Assembly: GCA_031425235.1 (NCBI GenBank)
Contig: JANPIZ010000001.1
Coordinates: 27,731-91,730 of the forward strand
Direction: 5' to 3'
DNA length: 64,000 nt
From: Candidatus Nomurabacteria bacterium
Lineage (GTDB): Bacteria > Patescibacteriota > Minisyncoccia > Phycocordibacterales > UBA9973
Positions 1 through 11,389 of the stretch are shown piece by piece. The translations under genes and the position numbers were made by a program. Positions within the stretch are counted from its first letter, which is position 1. The number at the start of each line of letters is the position of its first letter. The notes beneath the pieces are model-generated. The model searched no databases and was not told where the DNA came from. It saw nothing but the letters and a program-made list of their open reading frames with translations.

Positions 1-3000
1 ATTGGCAGCAGGAGCTGAGCCAAAACTTGTTCCTCTTAGCAATACCCCTGCTCCAGCTGTACGAGAGAAACTAGCAAAGGTCATGGTAGTTGATCCCCCA
101 GCCCCTGGAGTGACTGTGACTACATTACGACCAGATGCAAGAGTGAGGGCGCCCGTTGTTTCAGAAGAAGCCCCCGCAGTATTACCAATGAAATTAAAGT
201 TCCCACCATTCATGGTCAGAGCCAGAGCATCACCGAGACGACTCGCGACAGCAGTAGAAGTGTTGTCGAGAGTAAGTGTGCCGCCCAAGTTGACAGTAAT
301 AGTTGTAGTAGTGGCTGAGCCCGAACCACTCAAAGTGAGCGTACCAGCATTGATTGTCGTTGTGCTACTAATAGTATTCACGCCGGTTAAAGTCACAGTA
401 TTGTTTGTATTTTTTACAACTGCAATTGCACCAGCTAAAATTCCACTAACTGTGCCACTTTCTAAAGTATAAGCAGTGCCTGTCAAAGCTGCTGAGTTAG
501 TAATAGTTCCGCCAACAAGTGTAACCGTACCAATAGTATCGGCATTTGCACCACTATTAAAAATACCTCCATTAACAACTAAGTTTGTACCAACAAGTGT
601 TGTAGTAGCTGCGTAAGCAAACGTACCAGTATCTACTCTTGTGGCTCCGGTATATAGATTCGCTCCTGTTACAGTTAAAGTTCCAGCACCTTGCTTCGTA
701 ATTCCGAGGGCAACCGCAGGGAAAACAGCACTGGTCGTGATGTTGCCTGCCCCACCAATATATAGTAAAAATGCACCACTCACAGCCCCTGTGATTGTCA
801 TTGTTCCAGAAGCATTTGTAATACGAGAATCAGTACCTTGAGCAATTGTGCCACCAAAAGTACCACTGCTACCGATAAGAGCCCCACCATCATTGATTCC
901 ACGTCCGTTTATAGTCAATGCCTCAGTTGTAGGCATTGTAAAACTATTAAAATCTAACACTGCACCAGTGTAAACAACCGCACCTCCGGCATTGGTACCA
1001 AATGGTGTGTTTGTTGCTCCACCAGTCGCACCAAGTTTATATGTTCCAAGGTTTACTGCAGTAGCTCCTGTATAAGTGCTTTGTCCAGAAAATGTCCAGG
1101 TACCAGTACCAATTTTAGTAACAGTGCCAGCGACAGTACCTACGATACTTGAGAGAGTTCCGACACCTGATCCCCCTAGAGTTAGACCGAATCCAGATCC
1201 TGTTATTGTCCCTGCAGCAGTCAAATTTATATCTCCGTAATCGGCCTTAATAGTAGAAGCTGCACCAAGTGTGATCAGTCCAGTAAATGTCACCGCAGAG
1301 CCAGAACTATTCATAAGTGCTCCAGAAGCAAAGTCCCCGAGTCCGTATCCAACTCCATTTATAGTAAGAGGTTCTGCTATACCCAAATTAATTCCATTTA
1401 AATCAAGCCGAGCACCAAGAGCAACAGTAGTTATACCTCCAGTTGTACCAAGTGGTGAGTTTGTACCACCAACTGAGGCTACACCAATCTTCACCGTACC
1501 CACACTGATAGTGGTTGCGCCTGTATACGACGAGCTACCATTAGACAGGGTTAGTACCCCGATTCCGTCTTTTGTTAGAGTGCCGCTAGTTGTCCCAATA
1601 ACTCCAGAAAAAGTACTGTCACTAAATCCTCCAATAGTTAAACCAATTGTTGCCCCCGAAATTGCACTACTTATAGTCAAAGCTCCATAGTCAGCATTTA
1701 TACGAGACGCTGCAGCAAGAGTGATCGCTCCACTATAACTTGCCGGAGTTCCTGAGGTATTCATGAGCGCTCCCATGTTACTGTTACCATTGGCAACAGT
1801 GGTACCCGGGCCAAATCCGAGCCCGGTCATAGATGTTATCCCTTCAGCGGTTCCTAAAGTAAAACCATTCAAGTCGAGTGCTGCGCCGGCGGCGATAGTA
1901 GTACCAGCAGCAGTCGTACCAAGCGGAGTGTTCGTTCCCCCACCAGCCGCGCCGAGTTTCAAAATACCACTCGTGATAGTAGTTACGCCAGTATAAGTAT
2001 TGTCTCGAGAGAGAGTAACAGTAGCATTGGCAGGTGCATTTGTTGCGACCACTGTAACAGCAGACGCACCATTGATAATTGCGCTGACAGTCCCCTCTCT
2101 TAAACTATATGAAGTTCCAGATAAAACTCCTGTTGATCCAGTAATAGTTCCGTTTTGTAAGATGACAGCACCAACTGTATCTGAGCTTCCATTTATATTT
2201 AACGTCCCACCATTTACCGTTATCCCACCACTCGAAAGTGCATTACTAATTCCATAAGTCAGAGTTGCGCCGTTTACGGAAGTAAGACCAGTATGAAGGC
2301 TGGCTGTGCTGAGGGTGACATTCCCTGTCCCACTTACTGTAAGTGATCCTGCTGCAGCTGTTCCAATGACCGCAGAGATAGTGGAGTTTGCTGTAGCGTG
2401 AATATTGAGTTCACTAGTAGTGATACCAAGAGTAGTACTAGCCCCCGCAATATCTGTAGCCGAATTTATTAAAATGTTTCCTGCGAGCGATCCTCCATTA
2501 GAAATGGTGATGGTAGCCGCACCATTTGTAATGCCGAAACCATTTAGTATTAGAGAGTTGACGCTCACCGTGCTTGCGGCAACATTTGCAGCGAGTTTTA
2601 CATTTGTATTAGTTGTGAGAGTTGTAGAATATTCTCCTGAAAATCCAGCGCCATTTAACAATCGCAGACCATTAGTATTACCAAGGTTGTAAGTCACCAT
2701 ATCAGTACCTGTACCACTAAGCGAATTGTCACCAAAAGCTCCTTTGAGTATACTTGCTGTTGTGGTCCCCGCTGCACCAGCTGCACCAGCTAAAGCTGGA
2801 GATACAGGAGCAGTTGTGAACATTAAAGTAGAAACGTTAGGACCAGGAGTGGAGCCTAAGCTCGTCCCTCGAAAGAGCACACTCGCGCCAGCAGTACGAG
2901 CAAAGCTTGCAAAAGTCATAGTAGTAGACCCCCCTGCGCCGGGAGTAACAGTGACAACGTTATGTCCCGTAGAAAGAGTGAGAGCTCCGGCTGTTTCCAT

Positions 3001-4857
3001 AGATAAACCAGTAGTATTACCAATGAAATTAAAGTTACCACCGTTCATAGTCAGAGCGGCTGAATCACTAATACGGTTATAAATTGCGATAGAAGAATCA
3101 TCGAGGGTGAGTGTTCCACCAGAATTGATAGAGATAGTAGAAAGAGGAATGGCTCCAGCACCGCTTAGTGTGAGAGTACCCCTATTAATAATAGTAGTTC
3201 CAGTGTAATTACTAAAGGATTGGATTGTTAACGTACCTGTATCATTTTTCGTTAGAGTGGCTGATGTACCATAGATAGGTGCTGATGAAGTAAAAGTAGT
3301 ATTCCCCGCACCACCTATTGTAAGCCCTACAGCTGCTGCAGAAAGACCTTTAGCGTCAATAGTCAAAGTCGTTCCAGTGTCTGACATGATCATAGGCACT
3401 GTACCGAGAGTAAGTAAACCTGTGAGAGTATTGTTACCTGTTCTATTTCTAATAGCTCCAGTATATAGGTGTCCAGTTCCAGAAAAAGTTATATATTCAG
3501 GTATAGAGAGTCCACTACCATTTATCTGAAGTGTAGCACCAGCAGTGACTGTGGTAATACCATCGATAAGACCGAGGGCAGTGCTGTTTTGAATTTCTAA
3601 AATACCCAAGCTCACAGTCGTAGCACCAGTGTATAAATTCGGCCTCGTAAGTACCACAGTCCCCGGCGTGCTTTTTGTTATTGCTCCACCGTCACCAGCA
3701 ATAATTGCACTAATAGTACCCGCATACACTGTCCAAGTAGCACTAGAAAGTATTCCAGAAGTACCGGTAATAGTTCCGCTTGCTAAGTCTAGTGTACCTA
3801 AAGTAACTGGTCCGACCATGTCTGAAAAGGTCGCAATGTCTAGTGTTCCGCCAGTAACTGTGACCGCACCTGAAAGAATGGCATTATCTACTCCATACAC
3901 AATAGTACCAGCGTTAATAGTCAATAAGCCTGTGTTTGTATTTGGAAAATTATAAGTGACAGTACCGGCACCATTTTTAGTAATTGTGCCGCTACCCGCG
4001 AGTGGGGCCGTAGAAAATACCATGTTTCCTGATCCATCAAAAATTAATGGTGCGTTTCCTGTCGTACCACCAGTAATAGTTAGCGTTCCAGAGTCAGAAG
4101 CTATTTCAGTACCACCAGCTGAACTTAAAGTAATAAGTCCACCAAAAGTATTTGTACCACTTATATTTCTTAGTGCACCGCCAGTACCCGAGACACCCCA
4201 ACCACGCAGAGCCAAAGCTTCGTAACTGATATTTATGTTTCCTTGTAGTTCTAAGGCAGCACCGCCGACAACTTCTGTCCCTGCAAGAATTGTTCCGAGC
4301 GCTGTCGCATGCCGGGCATTAACTACACCTACGTTTATTTTTAAAATTCCACCGAAAGTATTACCACCAGATAGCACTAATGTCCCTGTACCTTCTTTAT
4401 TCATACCACCAACTCCACTAATCCTACCGCTGATAGTCAAATTTTCGGCTGTGTTAGTAACAACAATATCTCGAGTAGCATCCACACGAATATCGAGTGC
4501 GATAGTATTGCCACCAGAAGCGACACTATCAGTAATACCCGCTAAGCCTGGCCCGAGAATAATTGCGTTACCAGACAGAGTATAACCACTACCTGTGAGA
4601 GTGATGGAGTTTATGATTGTATTTTCTGTTAAGTCGTTGGTGTTGGAAAGATTTGAGGCACCAGATGGAAAAACTAAATCGTCCCCAGTGACGGGTACAG
4701 TGCCTCCCCAGTTACTGGCTACGGACCATGAGCCACTCGTGGTCCCCGTCCAGGTTCTGGTTGCAGCTTCTGCCTTATTTGAATTTACAAAAAATATTAA
4801 TCCAAAGATAAAAAATATTGTGGAAAATTTTATTATTTTTTTAAAATTAATTTTCAT
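1..4857 (-). CDS. Giant secreted Gly/Thr-rich beta-helical surface protein, N-terminal part (at least 1618 aa). Its C-terminus and stop lie beyond the window start. It carries autotransporter-associated (PATR-like) beta-strand repeats.
   Basis: It is not in the ORF track because no stop codon falls inside the window. All 11 plus-strand ORFs listed in 2..4882 sit in frame 2, the typical antisense shadow of one long minus-strand gene. Hand translation from the ATG at 4857 gives MKINFKKIIKFSTIFFIFGLIFFVNSNKAEAATRTWTGTTSGSWSVASNWGGTVPVTGDDLVFPSG...NKEGTGTLVLSGGNTFGG...TKNGAGTVTYNF, i.e. a signal peptide followed by GTGTLxLSGxNTF repeats. A spot check of the minus frame at 2701-2760 gives TASILKGAFGDNSLSGTGTD with no stop. 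The start lies 8 nt downstream of the preceding gene's stop. Confidence 0.7.
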   Translation of the reverse strand, partial: MKINFKKIIKFSTIFFIFGLIFFVNSNKAEAATRTWTGTTSGSWSVASNWGGTVPVTGDDLVFPSGASNLSNTNDLTENTIINSITLTGSGYTLSGNAIILGPGLAGITDSVASGGNTIALDIRVDATRDIVVTNTAENLTISGRISGVGGMNKEGTGTLVLSGGNTFGGILKINVGVVNARHATALGTILAGTEVVGGAALELQGNINISYEALALRGWGVSGTGGALRNISGTNTFGGLITLSSAGGTEIASDSGTLTITGGTTGNAPLIFDGSGNMVFSTAPLAGSGTITKNGAGTVTYNFPNTNTGLLTINAGTIVYGVDNAILSGAVTVTGGTLDIATFSDMVGPVTLGTLDLASGTITGTSGILSSATWTVYAGTISAIIAGDGGAITKSTPGTVVLTRPNLYTGATTVSLGILEIQNSTALGLIDGITTVTAGATLQINGSGLSIPEYITFSGTGHLYTGAIRNRTGNNTLTGLLTLGTVPMIMSDTGTTLTIDAKGLSAAAVGLTIGGAGNTTFTSSAPIYGTSATLTKNDTGTLTIQSFSNYTGTTIINRGTLTLSGAGAIPLSTISINSGGTLTLDDSSIAIYNRISDSAALTMNGGNFNFIGNTTGLSMETAGALTLSTGHNVVTVTPGAGGSTTMTFASFARTAGASVLFRGTSLGSTPGPNVSTLMFTTAPVSPALAGAAGAAGTTTASILKGAFGDNSLSGTGTDMVTYNLGNTNGLRLLNGAGFSGEYSTTLTTNTNVKLAANVAASTVSVNSLILNGFGITNGAATITISNGGSLAGNILINSATDIAGASTTLGITTSELNIHATANSTISAVIGTAAAGSLTVSGTGNVTLSTASLHTGLTSVNGATLTYGISNALSSGGITVNGGTLNINGSSDTVGAVILQNGTITGSTGVLSGTSYSLREGTVSAIINGASAVTVVATNAPANATVTLSRDNTYTGVTTITSGILKLGAAGGGTNTPLGTTAAGTTIAAGAALDLNGFTLGTAEGITSMTGLGFGPGTTVANGNSNMGALMNTSGTPASYSGAITLAAASRINADYGALTISSAISGATIGLTIGGFSDSTFSGVIGTTSGTLTKDGIGVLTLSNGSSSYTGATTISVGTVKIGVASVGGTNSPLGTTGGITTVALGARLDLNGINLGIAEPLTINGVGYGLGDFASGALMNSSGSAVTFTGLITLGAASTIKADYGDINLTAAGTITGSGFGLTLGGSGVGTLSSIVGTVAGTVTKIGTGTWTFSGQSTYTGATAVNLGTYKLGATGGATNTPFGTNAGGAVVYTGAVLDFNSFTMPTTEALTINGRGINDGGALIGSSGTFGGTIAQGTDSRITNASGTMTITGAVSGAFLLYIGGAGNITTSAVFPAVALGITKQGAGTLTVTGANLYTGATRVDTGTFAYAATTTLVGTNLVVNGGIFNSGANADTIGTVTLVGGTITNSAALTGTAYTLESGTVSGILAGAIAVVKNTNNTVTLTGVNTISSTTTINAGTLTLSGSGSATTTTITVNLGGTLTLDNTSTAVASRLGDALALTMNGGNFNFIGNTAGASSETTGALTLASGRNVVTVTPGAGGSTTMTFASFSRTAGAGVLLRGTSFGSAPAAN

Positions 4858-4864
4858 GTATTTA

Positions 4865-5899
4865 CTATTGTGCGTCACTTGAAAACTTATCAACGCCATC
4901 ATAAATTATTTTTGAGATTTTTTGAATCTGTAACTTTTCAGAGTTAAGATCGCCGCCCTTGGTCATAATACAAACTATGTAGGGAATATTTGGATGGTAC
5001 ACAATACCACAATCATGCAACTCAATTTTTTTCTTTCGTCCCGTTTCAATTAATTCTCTTTCTCCAAATTTATGACTAACTACAATATTACTAGGTACTC
5101 CAGCCACTATGCCATCTTTGAAAACAGCTTGTGATAATATTGTCAAAGCCTCTTCAGAATTTTCCCTACTTAAATATGAAGCATTATATAAAACCAATAA
5201 AAAACGACCAATATCTCGAGTAGTCACAAAATCTTTCTCAGCTATTTCTCCATCAGTGGCTGGCAGTGAAATTTTCATATCAGTAAATATAGATTTCAAA
5301 GAGTCTTGGCGATATTTATATAGTAGCTGAAGTGCGTTATTGTCGGAATTAATAATCATTTCTTTCATCAGCTCTTTGACTGTATACGTCTGCCCGGGAA
5401 CAATAGTCCCATTGCCGAGATTTTTTACTCTATTAAAATTTTTACCTTGATAAGTAATTTTTTGATCAAGCAAATCTTTTTCAGTTTCTTGAAGTTTGTA
5501 ATAAGAAATCAGCATCGGTAACTTTAGTAAACTAGCTGGAATAAAAGTGTCTGCGGCATTTATACTAAACCAGCCCGAGTTATTTAAATTTAGAAAAAAT
5601 ACTCCTACTTTTATATCAGGCCTCTCAGCTACAACATCTTCGACTAAATTTTTTAATTTACGTTCTGCTGGAAACCATTTTAATGTTTCCTCTTCATTAC
5701 CATAACCAGAATTTAATAATGGTTTGATGAATTTATACTGACCGGTATCCAAACGACTATCGCTCGCAAATGGACCAACATTAAAAACACTACTGACTAC
5801 CGGAAAAATCCTAGTATACAATATACCTATTACTACGAGACCCCCCATAAAAAAACCAATAATTAGAAGAGCTATGTGTTTATATACGTTACTTTTCAC
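4865..5899 (-). CDS. Membrane-anchored serine hydrolase of the class A beta-lactamase / penicillin-binding fold
   Basis: 344 aa with an N-terminal TM helix. It has the S-x-x-K motif (ASLLK), the SDN motif (INSDNNALQLL) and a KTG-like HKFGE motif. It ends 8 nt before the start of the giant gene, so the two look like an operon. Confidence 0.6.
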   Translation of the reverse strand: MKSNVYKHIALLIIGFFMGGLVVIGILYTRIFPVVSSVFNVGPFASDSRLDTGQYKFIKPLLNSGYGNEEETLKWFPAERKLKNLVEDVVAERPDIKVGVFFLNLNNSGWFSINAADTFIPASLLKLPMLISYYKLQETEKDLLDQKITYQGKNFNRVKNLGNGTIVPGQTYTVKELMKEMIINSDNNALQLLYKYRQDSLKSIFTDMKISLPATDGEIAEKDFVTTRDIGRFLLVLYNASYLSRENSEEALTILSQAVFKDGIVAGVPSNIVVSHKFGERELIETGRKKKIELHDCGIVYHPNIPYIVCIMTKGGDLNSEKLQIQKISKIIYDGVDKFSSDAQ

Positions 5900-6050
5900 T
5901 TAAGTTTTATTTTTAAAATTTTCTTACTTAAATTATACATTAGTTACACATTGATTTCTATACTATTTTTGAATGTTTTGCTCAGGCCAATACGGCAAAT
6001 TAATTTGTTTAAATTATACGTGTTGGTATATACTGTATACATAAAAACAC

Positions 6051-6593
6051 ATGGAACAAGTACCTAGTAAAAAAATAAAATTTGATAACATACGTAAAAA
6101 ATGGGATGAAGACAACCAAAAATGGTATTTTTCTATTGTAGATATGGTAGGGTTAGTAACGAAAAGCAATGATGCTAGAAATTATTGGAAAGTTTTTAAA
6201 AATCGTTTAAAGACAAAACAAAATAAGTTGGTTACAAGTTGTAACCAACTTAAACTAGAAGCTTCTGATGGTAAATTTTACTTGACAGACGTTGCAGATA
6301 TTAGCACTATAACTGAACTACTAAAAATCATCTCTCCAGAAAATATATTTGGCTTTAGAGCCTGGGCACTTGGTTTGAATGAAGTAAAATTCGAAAAATC
6401 TCTCCCCCAACCTACTAAAAAAATAATGAATGATATTTCTTTCGAGCCGAAGAAAAAAAGTTATCCACAAGTGACTTACACTTTAGCAAATTTGATAAAG
6501 AAAAATCCTGAATCTTCAAACACAGAACTTTCAGAAAAAGAAGAGTCACGAGAGAAAAAATTTAAGAAAATTACAAAGATGCGAACTATCTAA
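6051..6593 (+). CDS. Bro-N / DinD-like (phage antirepressor N-terminal domain) protein
   Basis: 180 aa. The N-terminus FDNIRKKWDEDNQKWYFSIVDMVGLVTKSNDARNYW fits the Bro-N/KilA-N pattern F..IR......WF...DV..LG. The C-terminus is Lys/Glu-rich. Confidence 0.45.
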   Translation: MEQVPSKKIKFDNIRKKWDEDNQKWYFSIVDMVGLVTKSNDARNYWKVFKNRLKTKQNKLVTSCNQLKLEASDGKFYLTDVADISTITELLKIISPENIFGFRAWALGLNEVKFEKSLPQPTKKIMNDISFEPKKKSYPQVTYTLANLIKKNPESSNTELSEKEESREKKFKKITKMRTI

Positions 6594-6596
6594 AAT

Positions 6597-6630
6597 AAAA
6601 AATTCTCGTTTTAAACGAGAATTTTTTATT
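6597..6630. terminator. Bidirectional rho-independent terminator between convergent genes
   Basis: aaaaattctcgttt-taa-acgagaatttttt forms a perfect stem flanked by an A-run and a T-run. Confidence 0.7.
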
Positions 6631-9600
6631 GCGCTGGAGTTGTATCTGGTTCTGGACCTTCGCTTGGAGCTGTCTCCGGAGGTGCGGTAATTTCTGGTGG
6701 TGTATCTTCTGTTGTTGTGTCGGGTGGTGTTACATTTTCAGTTGGTGTTTCTTCGGGTGTAGAAGTTTCACCTCCACTACCTCCAGAACTTTCGTCAGGA
6801 GTTTGTGTGCTTCCTCCATCTTCATCTCCACTATTGTCGACATTGATAACTTCGAGTCCATCCCCAAGGCTCTCGAAAACTTGCACGTCTTTTACCCCAA
6901 GGGCAATCCATGAGAAGCGAATATTTTGTGGTGCTTTTTTGTTGAGTATGATCGTGAATCCAGTTTCATCTTTTTCTATCACAAGTGATGTTATATTTTG
7001 TGCAAGTAAATCATCGATTGAAGTTTCATCCATGTTGTCGGTAGTTTCAAAAGATATGGACGCAGTCACTACTGGAGTTGTCGCATACGGTTCTTCAAAT
7101 TCGACTCGTACAAATTTATCTCCTTCTTTTACGAGAGCAAACCCTGCGGTATCTTTGTTGAATATTGGCGGAAGATTAAATTCAACCTGAGAATCAAAAC
7201 TAATTTTTGCCGGTAAGTCCGGTGTGCCTTTTAGTATTGTAAGCCCCGCAAATGTCGCATCACCAGATACGTTTAATGTATCAGTGCTAACGACTTGAGC
7301 TGTTAAGCGAGGAGTGACGACTTCAAGTCCGGCCACGATACGATCAGTAAGTAATTCAGAAATACTGAATGCTCCTTCTGTATCTTCTTGGTCACTCAAT
7401 AATTTAGCGAGTATTGAAGCTGAGTCTTCTACTGAACCATTCAATGTAAGTCCGGTATAATTATTTAAACTCTCCCCATTAAAATATCCTTGTTCAACGT
7501 ACACCATCACAGTTGCTTTGTTTGAGCCAGAAGTCCAAGACTCTATCGCTTTACCGATAACAACTCCAGCTTTTGTAGCTTTTGTCGCTTTACCCGGTTC
7601 GCCAGACGTAGTAACGTAATCACCAGGGAAAATAGATGCTGAATTTGAGGCAACTTTTACAGGTACGCGTCCGTTTAGAGCAACTGGCATTGGATTGTCT
7701 ACATCTTTTATATTGTGCCCAGCAGAAGTAAAGTCTCCGTAGTTATCAGAAACAATACCGATTGTATTTGTTTGATATGCTTTTGAAGTTTTTTCTAATT
7801 TAGTTATCTGGCCTTTTACTTTATTCCAATCAATATTGCCATCAGTAACATCATATGTAGTCACCATTTCATTACCTGTCGCCACGATATCTCCAAATTC
7901 CACGCCATTTTCTACGGGGTACATTTCTGCATAGTCAGCAGCTGGAGCAGCGTTACAATCCCGTATTTCATATGCCGTACCAGCCGTAGGGCCAGTAGCA
8001 TTTGCTAGACTAGAACAAACAGCGTTTGTAGAGGCCGTTCCCGAAAGACCCATACTCACCACACCTGCGCTTGTAACTTTAAATTTCTGGACACTCGCAT
8101 TTTTGAAATCAAGGAAATCTCCCGTGAATGAAGTTGAGCCTCCACTTACTGCCATGTCTATCAAAATAGCGTCCCCAGTAAATGCAGATGTATCATGATA
8201 TACGCTTAGCATTGATGCTGCAGAAGTCATCGAACCGGTATAGAACCTCGCTACATCTCCTTGGGTTGTACCTGTATTTTCTGCATATAAACCAGCCGGA
8301 ACAGCAACACCTCCAGCCGTACCCGCTGTGATAGCTTGTACACCATATGTTCCAGCAATAGCACGAAGCCCAGTATTAGTACCTGCCGTATTACTTCCAG
8401 CGTTTGATGTGATATCAATACCACGAACAAGATTTGCGAGAGATGTGTTGTCAACTGTACGTATGGTTTCCCCTACCATTGTGTTCGAATTTGTTGTCGG
8501 CGCGTTATTGAAAACAAAACGATTACCGACTTGAACAAATCCAGCGGTTCCTCCGTTGTTAAAGGTATAATCACCATGGATACCAGCTATGGCAGTAGTA
8601 GATCCATTCGAAGCCATAGTGCTGACTATGTTTAATTTTGCAAGTGTTCCAGATGTGAGTGTAGTACCGCCTATCAATACTTGACCACCATCTACATTCA
8701 AACCAATGTTTGCAGTAGTTGCTCCTGAAGCATTTACATATAACCCAACGTTTGTTCCCGAAGTTGCGTTTGTATGAGTATTAGAAATTCGTGCTCCGTA
8801 TGTAGTAATAGCATTTGTAGCCGTTGCGCCGGTTGTCAAAATATTTAATGCTGTTTGAGAAGCTGCGGCCGCTGTACCTGAAACTTGGAGATCTACTAAT
8901 TTTCCTGTTGTTAGTGTTGAAGATGCAGCATATAATCCTGTTCCTGTAGTTAGCGAATTAGCGTTCAAAGCTAATGCAGATGTTGTGGTTGTCCCCGTAA
9001 TAACACCCGAAGTAATCTGAACTGAGCCTGTAGTGTTCGGAGTTAAGGTTATGTTATTACCAACTAAAGCCAAGTCTGCTGCAGTCGCAGTAATTGTTAG
9101 CCCGGCAGCAGCAGTAAGAGCAGTACCGAGACCAGTTATGTTATTCGAGTTCATTCCAAGAGCTAAGTTAGAGAAATTGTATTCATCAGCTCCTGCAATT
9201 TGAACATTCAAAGTTTTACCAGTAACTGTATTAATGTTCATGTCTCCAGTGTTATCACGGAAGATTGAGTTGACTGTTCCTGCTGGAGCACTCGCATCAT
9301 CTGAGGTGAAAGTTAAGGCATCATTAGTAGTGTCATCAACCTCTCCAGAGAATGAGCCGCCGCCACAGCCAGTACAAGTTCCGCTAATTACTACATCACC
9401 ATCAAACCGAGCTGTGCCTGCATCTACCCAGAGAGCATACGCGTTTGTTAAGGCTATATTTGCACCCCCGTCAGCAGGAGCCCCTGCGATATAAACATTC
9501 GCTGCATTGGTAATGGTAACGGCATTAGTGGAATCAAAAGTAGGAATACCAAATGAGTTGGCGACTCCATTAGTACGGGTGCCTGCCCCGTCGCTATCGG

Positions 9601-11389
9601 TATAAGTAGCAGCTGTTGCTTGCAATTGAATTCCGTTTAAACCCCAAGCTGCCTGAGACATGTTACCAGCTAGTTCAAGACGGGCGTCTGGAGAAGCTTG
9701 ACCAATACCTACACTACCACTAGCAAGGATTCTCATAACTTCATTAGTGCCACTTGCCTGCAAGTCTCCGCCTCCATTAAAGGAAAAGTGAGATGCAGAT
9801 GGTACATAGAACTGAGTTTGAAACGCATTTATTCCAATACCATAATTACTACCCGCACCGCCGTTATACAAACTGATTCTGTCCCCCACACTAGAACCGT
9901 TAAAAGAGAGTGGGGATCCTGGAGTTGCATTACCAATGCCGACATTACCGCCATTATCTAACACTAGCTGGTTTGAAACTCCATCTACATTCATCACTAA
10001 GTCACCATTAGAAGTCATTTGGAAATCTGTATAGACAGTTCCATCAGCTTGTGTTAAGCGCAGTTGCGGATTGGTCGCGTCCAATATGTCTAACTTGCGG
10101 TCTGGACCGGTGGTATTAATACCGACATTGGCTCCACCAGTAGATTGCAAAATTAGAGCAGTTCCATTTCCTGTTATTTCGTTTGAAAGAGATCCCCAAG
10201 GAGAGTATGCGCCCATACCAATATCTCCACCACGAACCCCGCCAGACGCTAACACATCCCCTAATACTTGTAACGCGACTAGTGGACCAGCAGTATTAAT
10301 ACCTACTCTATTATTAGTAGCATCTATAGATAGAACGTCAGTGTCGAAAGACAAACCGTTCACGCCACCACTTAACACAATGTTGGTGTCGTTTGAGAAT
10401 GTCCATGTCCCTGCATTAGAAGAAGTAAGGTTTCCGTTTGATGCTACCTGGAACAAGTCACCAGAACCCACTGTCAACAGCGCCGCAGGAGTTGCGTCGC
10501 CGATACCGACGTTACCACCATTGAAAATGGCAGCATAGTTAGCAGTCGTACCACCAGATGCTGTAACATACAAACCTACGTTAGTGGAAGTGGTGCCAGT
10601 ATGAGTGTTAGAAATTTGAGCACCATATGTTGTAATACCAGAAGTAGCGTTAATGCCTTGCAAAGAAATATTCAAACCAGTTTGAGAAGCGCCAGCCGCC
10701 GTACCGTTTGAAGAAAGATTTAGTAATGTTCCGGTAGAAAGTCCGTTTCCATTAACACTAGCCAGGATGCCACTCGTCGCACTGTTAGCCGTCAAATTTA
10801 ATAACCCAGTACCAGTATAAATTCCAGTATTAGTAAGTGCGATATCTGCACCGCTCGTGTTAGTTGTGCCGACAAAAACTTTTCCATTACCATACACACC
10901 ATTTGCTGTGATCGCGAATGCTGATGAAACAATTTGTGGGCGAGGAGAAAGGCTTTCAAAACTTTCTGCTCCATCCCCTGGTGCACACGTAGCTCCAACC
11001 TTTGTTGCAACTTGCACATCTACAAAAGCTTGGTCGTCAGTAAATGTGAGGTCAAGAGTATCGCCACCCGCTGCTACATCGCCGATACTTCCATCAAATA
11101 CTCCAAGACGCGTGACGATGGTCATCGTAGACGGAGAACCTGTTGGCCAAATTTTTGAGCCACCTGTCGTTGCATCATAAATAGAAAATTTATAACAATA
11201 ATCTGTACCCCCGGAAGTCCCGAGCAAGTTACCACTTGAATCCATAAGTCGTCCTTGGAAATTTATTATCTTTGGAACTCCAGCTGTTGCATGCAGTAAC
11301 GTGGGAGATAAAAAAGCAGAAATTATAAAAATTAAAATAAAAATAGAATAGAGAGAACGTATTTTTTTGAAAAAGGAAAAGGTTTTCAT
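6626..11389 (-). CDS. Giant secreted surface protein (1587 aa) with a signal peptide, long Gly/Thr/Asn/Ser-rich beta-strand repeats and a C-terminal Pro/Thr/Glu-rich tail
   Basis: Intact ORF in the track. The N-terminus [36 protein letters not shown] is a signal peptide. Low-complexity TGT/NGN/SGG repeats run throughout. The C-terminal 120 aa are acidic and Pro/Thr-rich ([44 protein letters not shown]). No LPXTG motif is present. Confidence 0.85.
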   Translation of the reverse strand: MKTFSFFKKIRSLYSIFILIFIISAFLSPTLLHATAGVPKIINFQGRLMDSSGNLLGTSGGTDYCYKFSIYDATTGGSKIWPTGSPSTMTIVTRLGVFDGSIGDVAAGGDTLDLTFTDDQAFVDVQVATKVGATCAPGDGAESFESLSPRPQIVSSAFAITANGVYGNGKVFVGTTNTSGADIALTNTGIYTGTGLLNLTANSATSGILASVNGNGLSTGTLLNLSSNGTAAGASQTGLNISLQGINATSGITTYGAQISNTHTGTTSTNVGLYVTASGGTTANYAAIFNGGNVGIGDATPAALLTVGSGDLFQVASNGNLTSSNAGTWTFSNDTNIVLSGGVNGLSFDTDVLSIDATNNRVGINTAGPLVALQVLGDVLASGGVRGGDIGMGAYSPWGSLSNEITGNGTALILQSTGGANVGINTTGPDRKLDILDATNPQLRLTQADGTVYTDFQMTSNGDLVMNVDGVSNQLVLDNGGNVGIGNATPGSPLSFNGSSVGDRISLYNGGAGSNYGIGINAFQTQFYVPSASHFSFNGGGDLQASGTNEVMRILASGSVGIGQASPDARLELAGNMSQAAWGLNGIQLQATAATYTDSDGAGTRTNGVANSFGIPTFDSTNAVTITNAANVYIAGAPADGGANIALTNAYALWVDAGTARFDGDVVISGTCTGCGGGSFSGEVDDTTNDALTFTSDDASAPAGTVNSIFRDNTGDMNINTVTGKTLNVQIAGADEYNFSNLALGMNSNNITGLGTALTAAAGLTITATAADLALVGNNITLTPNTTGSVQITSGVITGTTTTSALALNANSLTTGTGLYAASSTLTTGKLVDLQVSGTAAAASQTALNILTTGATATNAITTYGARISNTHTNATSGTNVGLYVNASGATTANIGLNVDGGQVLIGGTTLTSGTLAKLNIVSTMASNGSTTAIAGIHGDYTFNNGGTAGFVQVGNRFVFNNAPTTNSNTMVGETIRTVDNTSLANLVRGIDITSNAGSNTAGTNTGLRAIAGTYGVQAITAGTAGGVAVPAGLYAENTGTTQGDVARFYTGSMTSAASMLSVYHDTSAFTGDAILIDMAVSGGSTSFTGDFLDFKNASVQKFKVTSAGVVSMGLSGTASTNAVCSSLANATGPTAGTAYEIRDCNAAPAADYAEMYPVENGVEFGDIVATGNEMVTTYDVTDGNIDWNKVKGQITKLEKTSKAYQTNTIGIVSDNYGDFTSAGHNIKDVDNPMPVALNGRVPVKVASNSASIFPGDYVTTSGEPGKATKATKAGVVIGKAIESWTSGSNKATVMVYVEQGYFNGESLNNYTGLTLNGSVEDSASILAKLLSDQEDTEGAFSISELLTDRIVAGLEVVTPRLTAQVVSTDTLNVSGDATFAGLTILKGTPDLPAKISFDSQVEFNLPPIFNKDTAGFALVKEGDKFVRVEFEEPYATTPVVTASISFETTDNMDETSIDDLLAQNITSLVIEKDETGFTIILNKKAPQNIRFSWIALGVKDVQVFESLGDGLEVINVDNSGDEDGGSTQTPDESSGGSGGETSTPEETPTENVTPPDTTTEDTPPEITAPPETAPSEGPEPDTTPAQ

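Noticed and set aside
2-4882. Eleven plus-strand ORFs (2..472, 641..841, 1271..1690, 1763..1996, 2000..2257, 2405..2692, 2726..3082, 3629..3955, 3956..4225, 4235..4585, 4595..4882)
   Set aside because: All lie in the same frame (2) and are Pro/Val/Ala-rich. This is the typical antisense translation of a Gly/Thr-rich gene. The minus strand carries one continuous signal-peptide-bearing ORF starting at 4857.
5876-6067. Plus-strand ORF of 63 aa (MFIYVTFHLSFIFKIF...)
   Set aside because: Low-complexity translation of the AT-rich promoter region between divergent genes.
6629-11180. Plus-strand and internal minus-strand ORFs inside the 6626..11389 gene (e.g. 6629..6913, 6717..7190, 9234..9494, 10071..10538, 10857..11180, 8251..8454, 10798..11019)
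   Set aside because: They are antisense or out-of-frame shadows of the giant repeat gene. They are low-complexity and lack start or RBS context.
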